Virus record (IMG/VR): IMGVR_UViG_3300021400_000134
Direction: 5' to 3' (one strand)
Length of the DNA: 64,000 bases
Origin: a virus
Lineage: Duplodnaviria; Caudoviricetes
The number at the start of each line of letters is the position of its first letter. The first letter of the stretch is position 1. This document shows positions 41,827 to 51,831 of this stretch, piece by piece. The position numbers and the translations under genes were made by a program. The notes under the pieces were generated by a model. The model had not been told where the DNA came from, did no database searches, and saw only the letters and a program-made list of their open reading frames with translations.

Positions 41827-42171
41827 TTAAATCTTGGTGAAATACGCTTTGCCTTTCACCACCTCGCGGGAGACAAGAACATTGTCGCGCATCTTTTTAA
41901 TCAGCGCAGACACTTTCTGCCCACTCGCTTCTGCGAGTTCAGGAACGAGCGCCTGAATCTCACTGACAGTGTAGGACTTTCCGCCCTCCATTGCCTCGTA
42001 AATACGCTCAATCAGTTCAGCGTTTGCCACCTGCTTGGCAGTGGGCTTGGTGGACTTGCGCTCGTTCTTTTTAGCGAGCAGTTCAAGTTCGTGCAGGAGG
42101 AATTCCTTGTCTTCCTCATGAGCGTAGCCGAGAATGCGGTTGAAATAGTCACGTTTCGTCATTTTTTCCAT
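41827..42171 (-). CDS. Small basic winged-helix-like protein, family copy 3
   Basis: HELELLAKKNER...KQVANAEL...SGQKVSAL. Confidence 0.75.
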   Translation of the reverse strand: MEKMTKRDYFNRILGYAHEEDKEFLLHELELLAKKNERKSTKPTAKQVANAELIERIYEAMEGGKSYTVSEIQALVPELAEASGQKVSALIKKMRDNVLVSREVVKGKAYFTKI

Positions 42172-42558
42172 AGTTTAATCACCTTTACCTTTCTGTATAA
42201 ATATTACCATGGTTTTGAAGATAAGTCAAGCACTTTTTTTCATCTGCGGAAGATTTTTTTTGTGCCCTTCCCTTACCTTACAAATACATTATACAGAGTT
42301 GCCTGTACAAAAAACATGCCAACCCCGTGTGAAAAAATTCACAAGCGGCGGTTTAGTACCACTAAACTTTTGGGAGAAAAAAATTGGCAAAAAATTGTCA
42401 CACTTTTCTCTTGACAAATGCTGGCGGGTGTGCTATACTAAAATTTCGGCCCGCTGCACACGTTTGCGGGCCGGCCTGGTTAGTCAAGTATAACTTTCAA
42501 AAAATCGCAATAAAAAACTGCCACCCCAAGGAGGAGGAGGGTGGACAGTTCGAGCGTC

Positions 42559-43294
42559 TTAAACTACAAATTCGGCATTAGTGAGAATACTGAGGACTGT
42601 TAAGGCGTTAAGGAGTTCGTCTCTCTGTGCGATGCGATAATCAGTTGCCTGCACAGCATTTAATTCCATTTCCCACATTTCATTATACAGAGAATTAACA
42701 ATTTCAATTGCTTTATCTAAAACTTCGCAATCTTCATCAGTAACATCAACGGGATAGCGGACAATCTTTTTAACAATTTCCATTTTATTCACCTCTCTTT
42801 ACATTATTAGTATAGCAGATTGGAAAGGGGTTGTCAACCCCTTTATTTATTTTTTTTCTATCGAATTGATTACATCTGCTTTGTCTTTCATGATTTCCCA
42901 GAATTTTTCTTCTGCATCTTTTTTATTTTTTGCTTTAATTTTTATTACGCCCTCGTAAGTTACATAGAATTCTTTTTCCATTTTGTTTACCTCTCTCTTA
43001 CAGTATTAGTGTATCAGATTAGAGGGGATTTGTCAACCCCCTCATCTGATTTTTTTAGAAATCTTCGTTAGCGTAATTCTTGACGATTTTTGCAAACAGT
43101 TTCACTGTGTCAATGTAGGTTTCATGGTCGCTTGCCATGTCCTCGTAGTCTTCAAGTTCTGCGCCGTCGGGAACTCCGCACATGAGCCAAGGTTCCATTG
43201 CATCTTCATCATTCATGTAGCGAATTGCGTAGTCCATAGCCTGCAGGACTTCAACTCTGCGACCGATTACTTCTCTTTTAAACTGTTCTGTCAT
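42559..43294 (-). CDS. Small hypothetical genes (42559..42792, 43055..43294)
   Basis: Each with own TTGACA/TATACT promoter and AGAGAGG RBS. Confidence 0.55.
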
Positions 43295-43752
43295 TTTTCT
43301 TACCTCTCTTTACACTATTATAGTATCACTACTGGCACTCGTTGTCAAGTGCTTTTTTCATTTTTCTTCTAAAATCTTTGCGGGTCTTGCGCTTCCAAAA
43401 GTGCCAAGCCTTGCGATTATTTTCAACCCAACAGGCATACTTTCTATCAAACTTATCCTCAAAGGTCATCTTCTTGTGAATGTTGTTTTTCATGATAACC
43501 CTCCTTCATTATTATAATACATCTTATTTTTAAAAAAGTCAATAAAAATTTTTGCAAAAATTTTTGCGTCAAAAAAAATTTTTTGGTATAATAAAAATGT
43601 AAGGTGAAGAACCTTACATTCCATTCCATTTTAAACTTTTCTAGAAAGCCGGTGATGAGCCGGCTTTCGCCTTTCCCGGGGCGGCACTTGTGAATGTTTT
43701 ATTTTTCACAAAGTCGTATTCAAAAAAAATAGGGGATTTTATCCCCTATTTT

Positions 43753-44079
43753 TTACAGTGCCTTGAAGATGGTAGACTTGCCGTCCTTCACCTTTTCGAC
43801 AGCGCCTGCTTCAACCAACTGCTTAAGCAGAGCGGAAGCCTTCTGAACGCTGATGCCGACAGCCTTTCCTGCATCAGTAGCAGTCAGACCTTCACCGAGG
43901 GCTTCAAGCAGAGCGCCCTTGATGGTTTCATTTTCCTTCTGAGTCTTTGTCAGACCCTTTCTCGGAGAACCTTTGCGGACAGACTTGAGGGCTCTTTCAA
44001 CGAGGAAGTTGAACTGTTCTTCTGTCAGAGAATCGTAAGCAATAGCGTTAATCTGTTCTGTAATAGTTGTCTTTGTCAT
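43753..44079 (-). CDS. Small basic winged-helix-like protein, family copy 4
   Basis: FLVERALKSVR...TKTQKEN...SVQKASALL. Confidence 0.7.
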   Translation of the reverse strand: MTKTTITEQINAIAYDSLTEEQFNFLVERALKSVRKGSPRKGLTKTQKENETIKGALLEALGEGLTATDAGKAVGISVQKASALLKQLVEAGAVEKVKDGKSTIFKAL

Positions 44080-44693
44080 GTGTAATCACCTTTTACCTTT
44101 CTTTTTACACTTTTATTTTAGCATCTCTTGGATGCTTTGTCAAGAGTTTTTTTAACTTTTTTTAAGTTTTTTCTCTTGAGGAATCAGCCGAAGGTTTGTG
44201 GATGTGTTGTAAGTTTTTGGCACCCTCGCCCCTTACATTTTAAGTATAGCACCTTCGTTGTAGTTTGTCAAGGGATTTCTTTTAAATTGTTAAGAAATTT
44301 TTTCGGGGGTCTCTCTTGGTCTCTCTCCGTCCCTTGCAAGTATAGTATAGCAGATGGTAGAAGCCTTGTCAAGACTTTTTTTAACTTTTTTTCAAGTTTT
44401 TTAAGTGCTGACTTGGCGGGGCTTCCTTACCCTTGCTACACCCATAGTATAGCAGATGGAGCGGATGCTGTCAAGGGTTTTTGGGAAAATTTTTTAAGAA
44501 ATTTTTTTAAATTTTTCTCTTGACAAAAATTGCGCGGGGTGGTATAATGGAAAATTCCGGCCGTGCGGACAGTGCACGGCCGGCCCAGTTAGTCAAGCCT
44601 AATTTTAAAAATTTTTCGGCACGCCTGGCCCCGTGTGCAGTAGAGACAACGGGTTCAGGTGGGTCATTCCGCAAGCACAAAAAAGGCTTACTG

Positions 44694-45149
44694 TCAAGCC
44701 TTTTTTGCACGATGTTTTGTGAGTTTTACGGTGTAGTCATTTGCGTGATAGGTGAAACTGATTTCCGCTTCGTTTTTAAGAGTCAGATTTTCAATTTCGC
44801 CATTCAGATTGAAGCCTTCAAGGACAACCCGAAGCCAATCAAACACAACCTTTTTGTCTTCGTCGACCTTACGCTCACGATTTACAGAACGCTTTTCAGG
44901 AGGCTTGCGGTCGGCTTTTGTCAGACCTCTTACCATCTTTTTCTGCTCAGCAGTCAGAGCAAACAATTCAGTATTTCCATGGTCGATTTCATCATCACAA
45001 TTGATAAGGTCGATTGCTTCCTCTCTTGAGCATTTCAGAGATTTCATGTGCTTCTGAATGAGTTCTTCAAGTTCTTTTTCTGTACGTCTTGCCATTGAGT
45101 ACACCTCTCTTTCTGTAATAATAATAGCATGGGGAAGGGGTTTTGTCAA
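44694..45149 (-). CDS. Basic hypothetical protein (paralogue of 41392..41784)
   Basis: Shared motifs; true start probably MARRTE. Confidence 0.7.
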   Translation of the reverse strand: MTKPLPHAIIITEREVYSMARRTEKELEELIQKHMKSLKCSREEAIDLINCDDEIDHGNTELFALTAEQKKMVRGLTKADRKPPEKRSVNRERKVDEDKKVVFDWLRVVLEGFNLNGEIENLTLKNEAEISFTYHANDYTVKLTKHRAKKA

Positions 45150-45168
45150 CCCCTTCCGCTATCTTTTT

Positions 45169-45516
45169 TTAAATCTTTGTGAAGTAAGCAGCTCCCTTCA
45201 CAACTTCTCTCGATACGAGAACATTATCACGCATCTTTTTAACGAGAGCGGAAACCTTCTGACCGCTTACATCGGCAAGTGCAGGAATCAGAGCCTGAAT
45301 TTCAGCGATACGATAGGACTTGCCTGTTTCCATCGCTTCATAGATTTCTTCAATCAGTTCAGCATTGGCAACCTGCTTTGCAGACGGCTTGTCAGAGCGT
45401 CTTTCATTCTTTTTTGCGAGCAACTCGAGTTCATGGTCGATGAATGCGATTTCCGCTTCATCAGTCAGATGGGTACGAATCTGTTCGAACATTTCACGCT
45501 TTGTAATCTTTGTCAT
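45169..45516 (-). CDS. Small basic winged-helix-like protein, family copy 5
   Basis: Close to copy 3 over the full length. Confidence 0.75.
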   Translation of the reverse strand: MTKITKREMFEQIRTHLTDEAEIAFIDHELELLAKKNERRSDKPSAKQVANAELIEEIYEAMETGKSYRIAEIQALIPALADVSGQKVSALVKKMRDNVLVSREVVKGAAYFTKI

Positions 45517-46090
45517 AATTAATCACCTTTTACCTTTCTTACAATTTAAGTATACACCTTTTTGGTTATGTTGTCAAGAGGTTTTTTCAGATTTTTTTAA
45601 GGATTTCTTTTTTCTCATCCCCTCTTTACATTCTAATTATAGCAGACTTGCTATACTTTGTCAAGAGGTTTTTCTACATTTTTTTCTGAGGCTACGTATC
45701 TATCGCTTCTAGTTGCTCAATACGGTTCATCCTCTTGACATTATTAGTATAGCAGATGTTGGAAGATTTGTCAACACCTTTTTTAGAAATTTTTAAGAAA
45801 TTTTTTTCTATTTCTTTTTTATTTCTATAATAATTATAAACCTTTTTTATAAAAAAGTCAACAAAAATCTTTGCTAATTTTTTCACAAACGCCGCCCGGG
45901 ATTTCCGCAAAAATCACACAATTTCACATAATTTTCTTCTTGACTTTTGGTCGTGGGTGTGGTATAATTTTCGGTCGTTAGCGGCAACTAACTATGGCTT
46001 AAAAATTTTTTATTTTTGCACAAAAAGTGTTGACAATCTTTTTCTTTTGGTGTATTATAATCTTGTAAGTTAAAGGAAGGTAAAAACACT

Positions 46091-46804
46091 ATGAATTTCT
46101 ACATGACTATTGACACAGAAACAACCAACTCACTTGATGATGCTCTTGTTTACGATTTGGGGCTTGCCATCCATGATGCGGAAGGTAATGTGTATCATAC
46201 TGAAAGTTTTGTTATCGCTGACATTTTCTTCAATGAAGAACTCATGAAAGTTGCGATTTTTGCAAATAAGATTCCGCAGTATCGTGCAGACATTGAGAAT
46301 GGAATACGCACGCTGACTACATTCAGAAAGGCACGCACTGAAGTGCTGAAACTAATGAAGCGCTACAATGTTAAGGCGGTCATTGCGCACAATGCATTCT
46401 TTGACTTCAAGTCATTAAATACAACGCTCCGCTTTCTGACTAATTCAAAATATCGCTTCTTCTTTCCATGGGGTACTGTAATTTGGGACAGTCTGCGCAT
46501 GGCTAAAACTACTTTTGGAAAGGATGCCAATTACACAAAGTGGTGTGAAGAGCATGAATACCTTACCAACAAGTACCGCAAGCCGAAAATGACTGCCGAG
46601 GTTCTGTATCGCTACATCACCAAGAATGAAACCTTCATTGAAGAGCACGCAGGACTTGCAGATGTGCTGATTGAAAAGGATTTGACAGCCTACTTTCTCA
46701 AGCATGACCATGCAGGAATGAAGAAATGTCTCTTTAATCCGAAGAAGGAAGAAGATGTTAAAACCATGCTTGAATGGTGGACAGAAAGTTTGCTCTGTGA
46801 GTAA
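46091..46804 (+). CDS. DEDDh 3'-5' exonuclease
   Basis: IDTET, AHNAFFD, EEHAGLAD. Confidence 0.82.
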   Translation: MNFYMTIDTETTNSLDDALVYDLGLAIHDAEGNVYHTESFVIADIFFNEELMKVAIFANKIPQYRADIENGIRTLTTFRKARTEVLKLMKRYNVKAVIAHNAFFDFKSLNTTLRFLTNSKYRFFFPWGTVIWDSLRMAKTTFGKDANYTKWCEEHEYLTNKYRKPKMTAEVLYRYITKNETFIEEHAGLADVLIEKDLTAYFLKHDHAGMKKCLFNPKKEEDVKTMLEWWTESLLCE

Positions 46805-47003
46805 ACTTTTTATTTAGTCTGACTAAACTTTCGGGATAAAAAAATTTCTTAAAAAAATTGCAAAAAATGCTTGACAAAATGCCGGGAGTGTGTTCTAATG
46901 AAAAAACTGGTCGTTGCGCCCGGCGACGGCCAGCCCGAAAAGTCAACAAAAAAAGCCAATAGGCAAGGAGGAGGAACCCATTGGCTTGGAGCGGTTTTTA
47001 AAT

Positions 47004-47091
47004 TGAGGGCGACGGGACTCGAACCCGCATTATAGCGCGCATATCACATTCGGCACACTGACCGACGGCACTACCATTGTGCTACGCCCTC
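47004..47091 (-). ncRNA. Isolated atypical tRNA-like RNA
   Basis: Acceptor GAGGGCG/CGCCCTC, D and T arms; irregular anticodon and variable region. Confidence 0.5.
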
Positions 47092-47123
47092 ACAAGGGGG
47101 GAGCCTTTCGGCTCCTCCTGCGC

Positions 47124-47465
47124 TTACTCGGCGATTCCGAAGGTTGCCTTTACCTTACCCTTGGCTTCAGTCACCTTGGTGAACTTGCCACTGCGGTTGA
47201 GGATTGCGCTTGCCTTCTGATTGGAGATGCCGAAGGCTTCTTCAACCTGTCCGCAAGTTACAGCGCCATTTTCAGCGATGTAAGCGACAATCTTATCAGC
47301 GAGTTCAGCGTTGGCAACCTGTGCCTTAGTCGGCTTATTGGACTTGTAGCCCTTGCGCTTGTCGAGCAGTTCGAGTTCATGTCCGCAGAAACCTACGATT
47401 TCAGCGTCATTGGAGCAGACTTCCATAATCTTGTTCAGCATTTCTCTCTTTGTCATAATCATCAC
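47124..47465 (-). CDS. Small basic winged-helix-like protein, family copy 6
   Basis: MTKREML...HELELL...KPTKAQVANAEL...SNQKASAIL. Confidence 0.75.
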   Translation of the reverse strand: MMIMTKREMLNKIMEVCSNDAEIVGFCGHELELLDKRKGYKSNKPTKAQVANAELADKIVAYIAENGAVTCGQVEEAFGISNQKASAILNRSGKFTKVTEAKGKVKATFGIAE

Positions 47466-48443
47466 CTTTTACCTTTCTTATCTCTTTGTGATTTTAGTAT
47501 ACAACATTTCAGCCATGTTGTCAAGCCCTTTTTCAAGGTTTTTTTATTTTTTTACTCCAATTCTTTTCACTCTTGGAAACCAAGCAGATTGACAGTCGCT
47601 ACACAGTAACAGTCGTCTTTCTTTCCTTTGGTAATTTTATTATAGCACTTTTCAGAAGATTGTCAAGTACTTTTTTTAAGAAATTTTTGAAACTTCCTCT
47701 TCAAGTTTCAGAGCGGGGTTGCGCACCCACCGCACAAGTCAACAGGGTTCATTTGATATTTTAGCAACTCCGAGCCTGCCCTGTAAGGCTTAACGCCACT
47801 GAGTGATGCGGGTTTGAAGGGTTTTCCTTCCCTTTACACTTACATTATAGCATCTTTTAGCTATCTGTCAAGTGTTTTTTTAACTTTTTTTATTTTTTTT
47901 GTAAGGAGCAAACAGCGGTACTCACATGACCATTGATGCAGTAGGGACTACACTCACCACCTCACACCATGCGAGTTAACTAGTATTTACCATGGTTCTG
48001 TTGGTGTCTCTTGCTAGAGCGCTGACATGATACCATTGAGTACCCTTGTTTGCCTCTTACATCTTTAGTATAGCAGACTTTTGAGAGCCTGTCAATACTT
48101 TTTTTTAAATTTTTTCGGTCGCGCGACCTATCTTCTCGGTTCGATTATACTGCTGAACCTGCGGCGATTAACCGTTACTTTGAAGACAGCCTTTGCCAAG
48201 GAGCGGTTTTTTAACGAGGCCTGATGCCTTCCTCACACTCTTATTATAGCAGATACCGCTGTAATGTCAAGTGTTTTTTTATTTTTTTTAGCAGTTTTTT
48301 TAGTAAGTTTTCGGTTAACCCGCTTACCAAGAGTGCTTCATCTCTTACAAGTATAGTATAACAGATTTTAGAATAATGTCAACACTTTTTTTAAAAGTTT
48401 TTAAGTTATTTTTTTCACAAAGTTCGGCGCCCGGGCGGGAAAC

Positions 48444-49115
48444 TCACCGAGCAAAGGCGAGTTTCCGCATTTTCTTGTGCTGTGCCATACATTTCACAGT
48501 AATTGCAATTTCAATCAGCACATCGTCAAGACCCTGATGTTCTTCTGTAAAATCGTTATCTCCTGTAATGTAGCGGTAGAGAATTTCTGCTGTCTTGCGG
48601 ACTTTGCCGTTTTTGCAGAGATAGCCATTTTCTTCACAGAATTTAATGTATGTTTTCTGCTTGCAGATGGTATCTTCTGCCATAACCATTGAGTCATACA
48701 GCGGGATGCCATACGGCAGAAAATAACGGTATTTTGATTTTGTAGTGTAGCGCATTGTAGTAGTTAATGACCGATAGTCAAAGCGGGCATTATGTGCAAT
48801 GATTGCCTTTACATTGTATTTATCACAAAGTGCTTTCACGATTTTTTTAGCGGTGAATACGCTAATCATTTTACGCTCTCCGCTTTTCAGTGCCTGCTCA
48901 TACTTTGGTAACTTGCTTGCATAGTAGGCGGATTTCATCAGTGCTTTTTCTTTAGCGTAAATATCATAGATAACATAACTTGCTTTTTCGTAAACCTTCC
49001 CCCGCTTGTCATGGATTGCAAGACCGAGGTCATACGCAAGCGGGCAATCCAAGCCATTTGCAGTTTCAGTGTCAATTGTCATGTAATAAGTAATACGCTT
49101 GTCAATCTTTGTCAT
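48444..49115 (-). CDS. DEDDh 3'-5' exonuclease (paralogue of 46091)
   Basis: IDTET, AHNARFD, EEHQGLDD. Confidence 0.82.
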   Translation of the reverse strand: MTKIDKRITYYMTIDTETANGLDCPLAYDLGLAIHDKRGKVYEKASYVIYDIYAKEKALMKSAYYASKLPKYEQALKSGERKMISVFTAKKIVKALCDKYNVKAIIAHNARFDYRSLTTTMRYTTKSKYRYFLPYGIPLYDSMVMAEDTICKQKTYIKFCEENGYLCKNGKVRKTAEILYRYITGDNDFTEEHQGLDDVLIEIAITVKCMAQHKKMRKLAFAR

Positions 49116-49325
49116 AGGGTTTCCTCTCTTTACAACTATTATTATACACCTATTGGAGATAATGTCAAGCGTCAGTTTCGGGATTTTTTAATTTTTTTCA
49201 AAAAATTTTTTTATTTTTCCTCTTGACATCGGCGGGCAAACGTGGTATAATTTTGGACCGTTAGCGGTGGCTAACTTTGCGGTTGCCGGTAAAACCGTCC
49301 GGCAGACCGCCGAGCGCAAAAAAAA

Positions 49326-49733
49326 TCAACCCCACAGTTCAGCAGGATTGAGTGCTACACCTTTCCAAGAGTTGCGGATTGGTTCAGAATCATCGACAAG
49401 AACCGCATTCACAGAGTTTTTGAGGTTCTTATTGTGACCGTAGGCTCTGTAAATTCTCTTTGTGAGAGAAGGGAAGAACCTGTCGAGCCAAGCGTTTTTC
49501 TGTTCTTCAACATTCTTGCAGTATTCAGCAGTTGCGCCGAGCGGTGTCATGCTGAGGATGCGGATTTCATACTTGTCAGTGGGGAAGAAATTCAGAAGTT
49601 CTTTTTCTGTAATCATTGGCTTGCATTCAAGGAAGATTGTTTCATCGGAGGCTCTCAGTCTCGGAAGCCAATTTTCAATGCCGTACAGGTCAGCGATTGT
49701 TCCATCCATGTCAAGGTAAACTGTCTTTTTCAT
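49326..49733 (-). CDS. HAD-family 5'(3')-nucleotidase-like protein
   Basis: YLDMDGTIAD, LVDD motifs. Confidence 0.75.
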   Translation of the reverse strand: MKKTVYLDMDGTIADLYGIENWLPRLRASDETIFLECKPMITEKELLNFFPTDKYEIRILSMTPLGATAEYCKNVEEQKNAWLDRFFPSLTKRIYRAYGHNKNLKNSVNAVLVDDSEPIRNSWKGVALNPAELWG

Positions 49734-50004
49734 AATTCTTTATTCCTCTCTTTACACTATTATAATACACTGCTTGTTTCTGTTTGTCAATACCTTTTTG
49801 TAAAAAAAAGAAAAGATTTTTTAATCTTTTCTTTTAACTGTTATAATGTTTTCTTTGTTTTCAAAGATGATTTCTTCCAGTTCTTTAATCTTGTATTTAA
49901 GATTGCGGATTTCGTCGAGCGCATCTTCGTAATTCTGTCTGTAAAGTTCCGTGTAATTAATTTCTGCCATACTCTTCACCTCTCAATTTTATTTTACCAT
50001 TTTT

Positions 50005-50502
50005 TTAATAACTTGTCAATGATGTTTTTACATGATGCAGGTTTTCGTAATGTCTAACCGCACAGTTCAAGCGGTGGCACCATGCCCGCATGCTTTCCGC
50101 GTTTTCATTGTAAACATTTACCGCAAACTCTGTCGCTACTTTCTCTATTGGTTGATTGTAGTATGCTTGATACCTTGCGGAGCCTGTCAGACCTCTTAGC
50201 AGTTTTTCACTTGCTTGCTCTTCCCACTCATCTTCATTGAAGTAGTCAACCGTGTAGTGATGACCGAGTTCATGCAGTACAGACAAGGCAAACAGATTTT
50301 CTTTTGTCAGCGTAAAGTTGAAGGTATCTTTCAGATACTTTGCCCATTCTCTGTTGGCGTCATTATTTTCAAACAGAGTGATGCAGATTTCTTTTGTATC
50401 AGGTTCATAGCAGAAATAGTCATACATGCGCACAGTGCAATCATAACCGATGAACTTTTCAACTATCTTGGTCAAACTGTTCTTTTTCATAGGACACCTC
50501 AC
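50005..50502 (-). CDS. Zincin-like metalloprotease domain protein
   Basis: LHELGH (HExxH) plus downstream E..A. Confidence 0.55.
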   Translation of the reverse strand: MRCPMKKNSLTKIVEKFIGYDCTVRMYDYFCYEPDTKEICITLFENNDANREWAKYLKDTFNFTLTKENLFALSVLHELGHHYTVDYFNEDEWEEQASEKLLRGLTGSARYQAYYNQPIEKVATEFAVNVYNENAESMRAWCHRLNCAVRHYENLHHVKTSLTSY

Positions 50503-50905
50503 TTTTACATTATTATTATAACATAGATTTTTAAAAAGTCAACACTTACGGGAGAAAAATTGCGGTTAAATTTTTTTAATTTTTTGCTTGACAAATTGCT
50601 GGTTGTGTGTTATAGTGGAAAAACGTCGCGCCTGGGCCGTGGGCGCGACGCCGAAAAGTCAAGAAAAAAACCGCCTTAACCCAGCGGCGGCCAGGGGTGC
50701 GGATTGGTGGTGATGAACGTGTCATCCCAACCGAGGCTCTCCATCTCCTCGTAAGCGTCAGCGAATGTGGCGAATGTGCCCCAGTGGAAACCATCTTCAG
50801 TGAACAGGTAGTACTTCATTTTTTTATCTCCTTTTCTTTACACTCTTATTATAGCAGATTTAGTTTTTTTGTCAATACTTTTGAAAAAATTTTTTTAGCA
50901 GATTG

Positions 50906-51346
50906 TCAAGCCCTTTTTAACTTGGCAATCTGCTTTGTGTTCATCAGCGTGGCGTTCTCAAGTTTAATCTGAACTTCCCGACCGTCAATCTGAATGTCAC
51001 CCTGTACCCAGAAGGGAACGTTATCCTTTTCCCATGTCTGACCGTAGTATTCAGTAACCAGCTTTTCGAAGATTTCACCCTTGTTGTACTTGTCAGCAAT
51101 CAGCATGTCAGCGGAGCCAAGACAGACAGGATGTTTCTTCATCAACTGCTTTTTCAGTTTGAGTTTTGGACGGAAGCGAAGATTTTCACCCTGATTTCTG
51201 CTTGCCTGTTCTACTGACAAGAAGCGTGGCATGATTTCCGCAACCTCTACCATGTAGAGTTTCTTTTCAAGTGTGAAGCCGAGGATGTAAGAATCAGCGG
51301 CTGAATTGTTTCTGTAGTGCTTAATCATTGTTCTCTTGGTTGTCAT
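50906..51346 (-). CDS. Hypothetical protein, possible PD-(D/E)XK fold
   Basis: GEIFE...GD......QIK. Confidence 0.5.
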   Translation of the reverse strand: MTTKRTMIKHYRNNSAADSYILGFTLEKKLYMVEVAEIMPRFLSVEQASRNQGENLRFRPKLKLKKQLMKKHPVCLGSADMLIADKYNKGEIFEKLVTEYYGQTWEKDNVPFWVQGDIQIDGREVQIKLENATLMNTKQIAKLKRA

Positions 51347-51831
51347 TTTGTTTCCCTCTTTTCTTTACACTCTTATTATAGCAGATTGCCGGATGAAGTC
51401 AACACCTTTTTTTAAACTTTTTTATTTTTTTGCTCTTGGTCGATGCATTACTGAAAAAATTTACATTTTGGGAGAAAAATTTTCATGCAATTTTCATCAT
51501 TTTTTGCTTGACAAAATCCGGGCCGGTGTAGTACAATAAATTTCGCGCCGGCTCGGTAGTGGGCGGCGCGCCAAAAGTCAATAAAAAAATGCCCTACTTA
51601 CCGCAGAGCATTTCCCACATCTCGCGGGTATCGCAGGAGTAGGAGACCCACCCTTCACCATCCTCGAGCACGTCGGCGTACTTGTAGCCACCGTCGACAT
51701 ACCAGATAGCGCGATTTTCGCAAGTAGCGAGAACATCGCAGTAAGTAGCAATCAGTTCCATGTGTTTCATTTGAACACCTCCTCTTTACAATTATAGTAT
51801 AACATGATTCTTTAGAATGTCAACACTTTTT

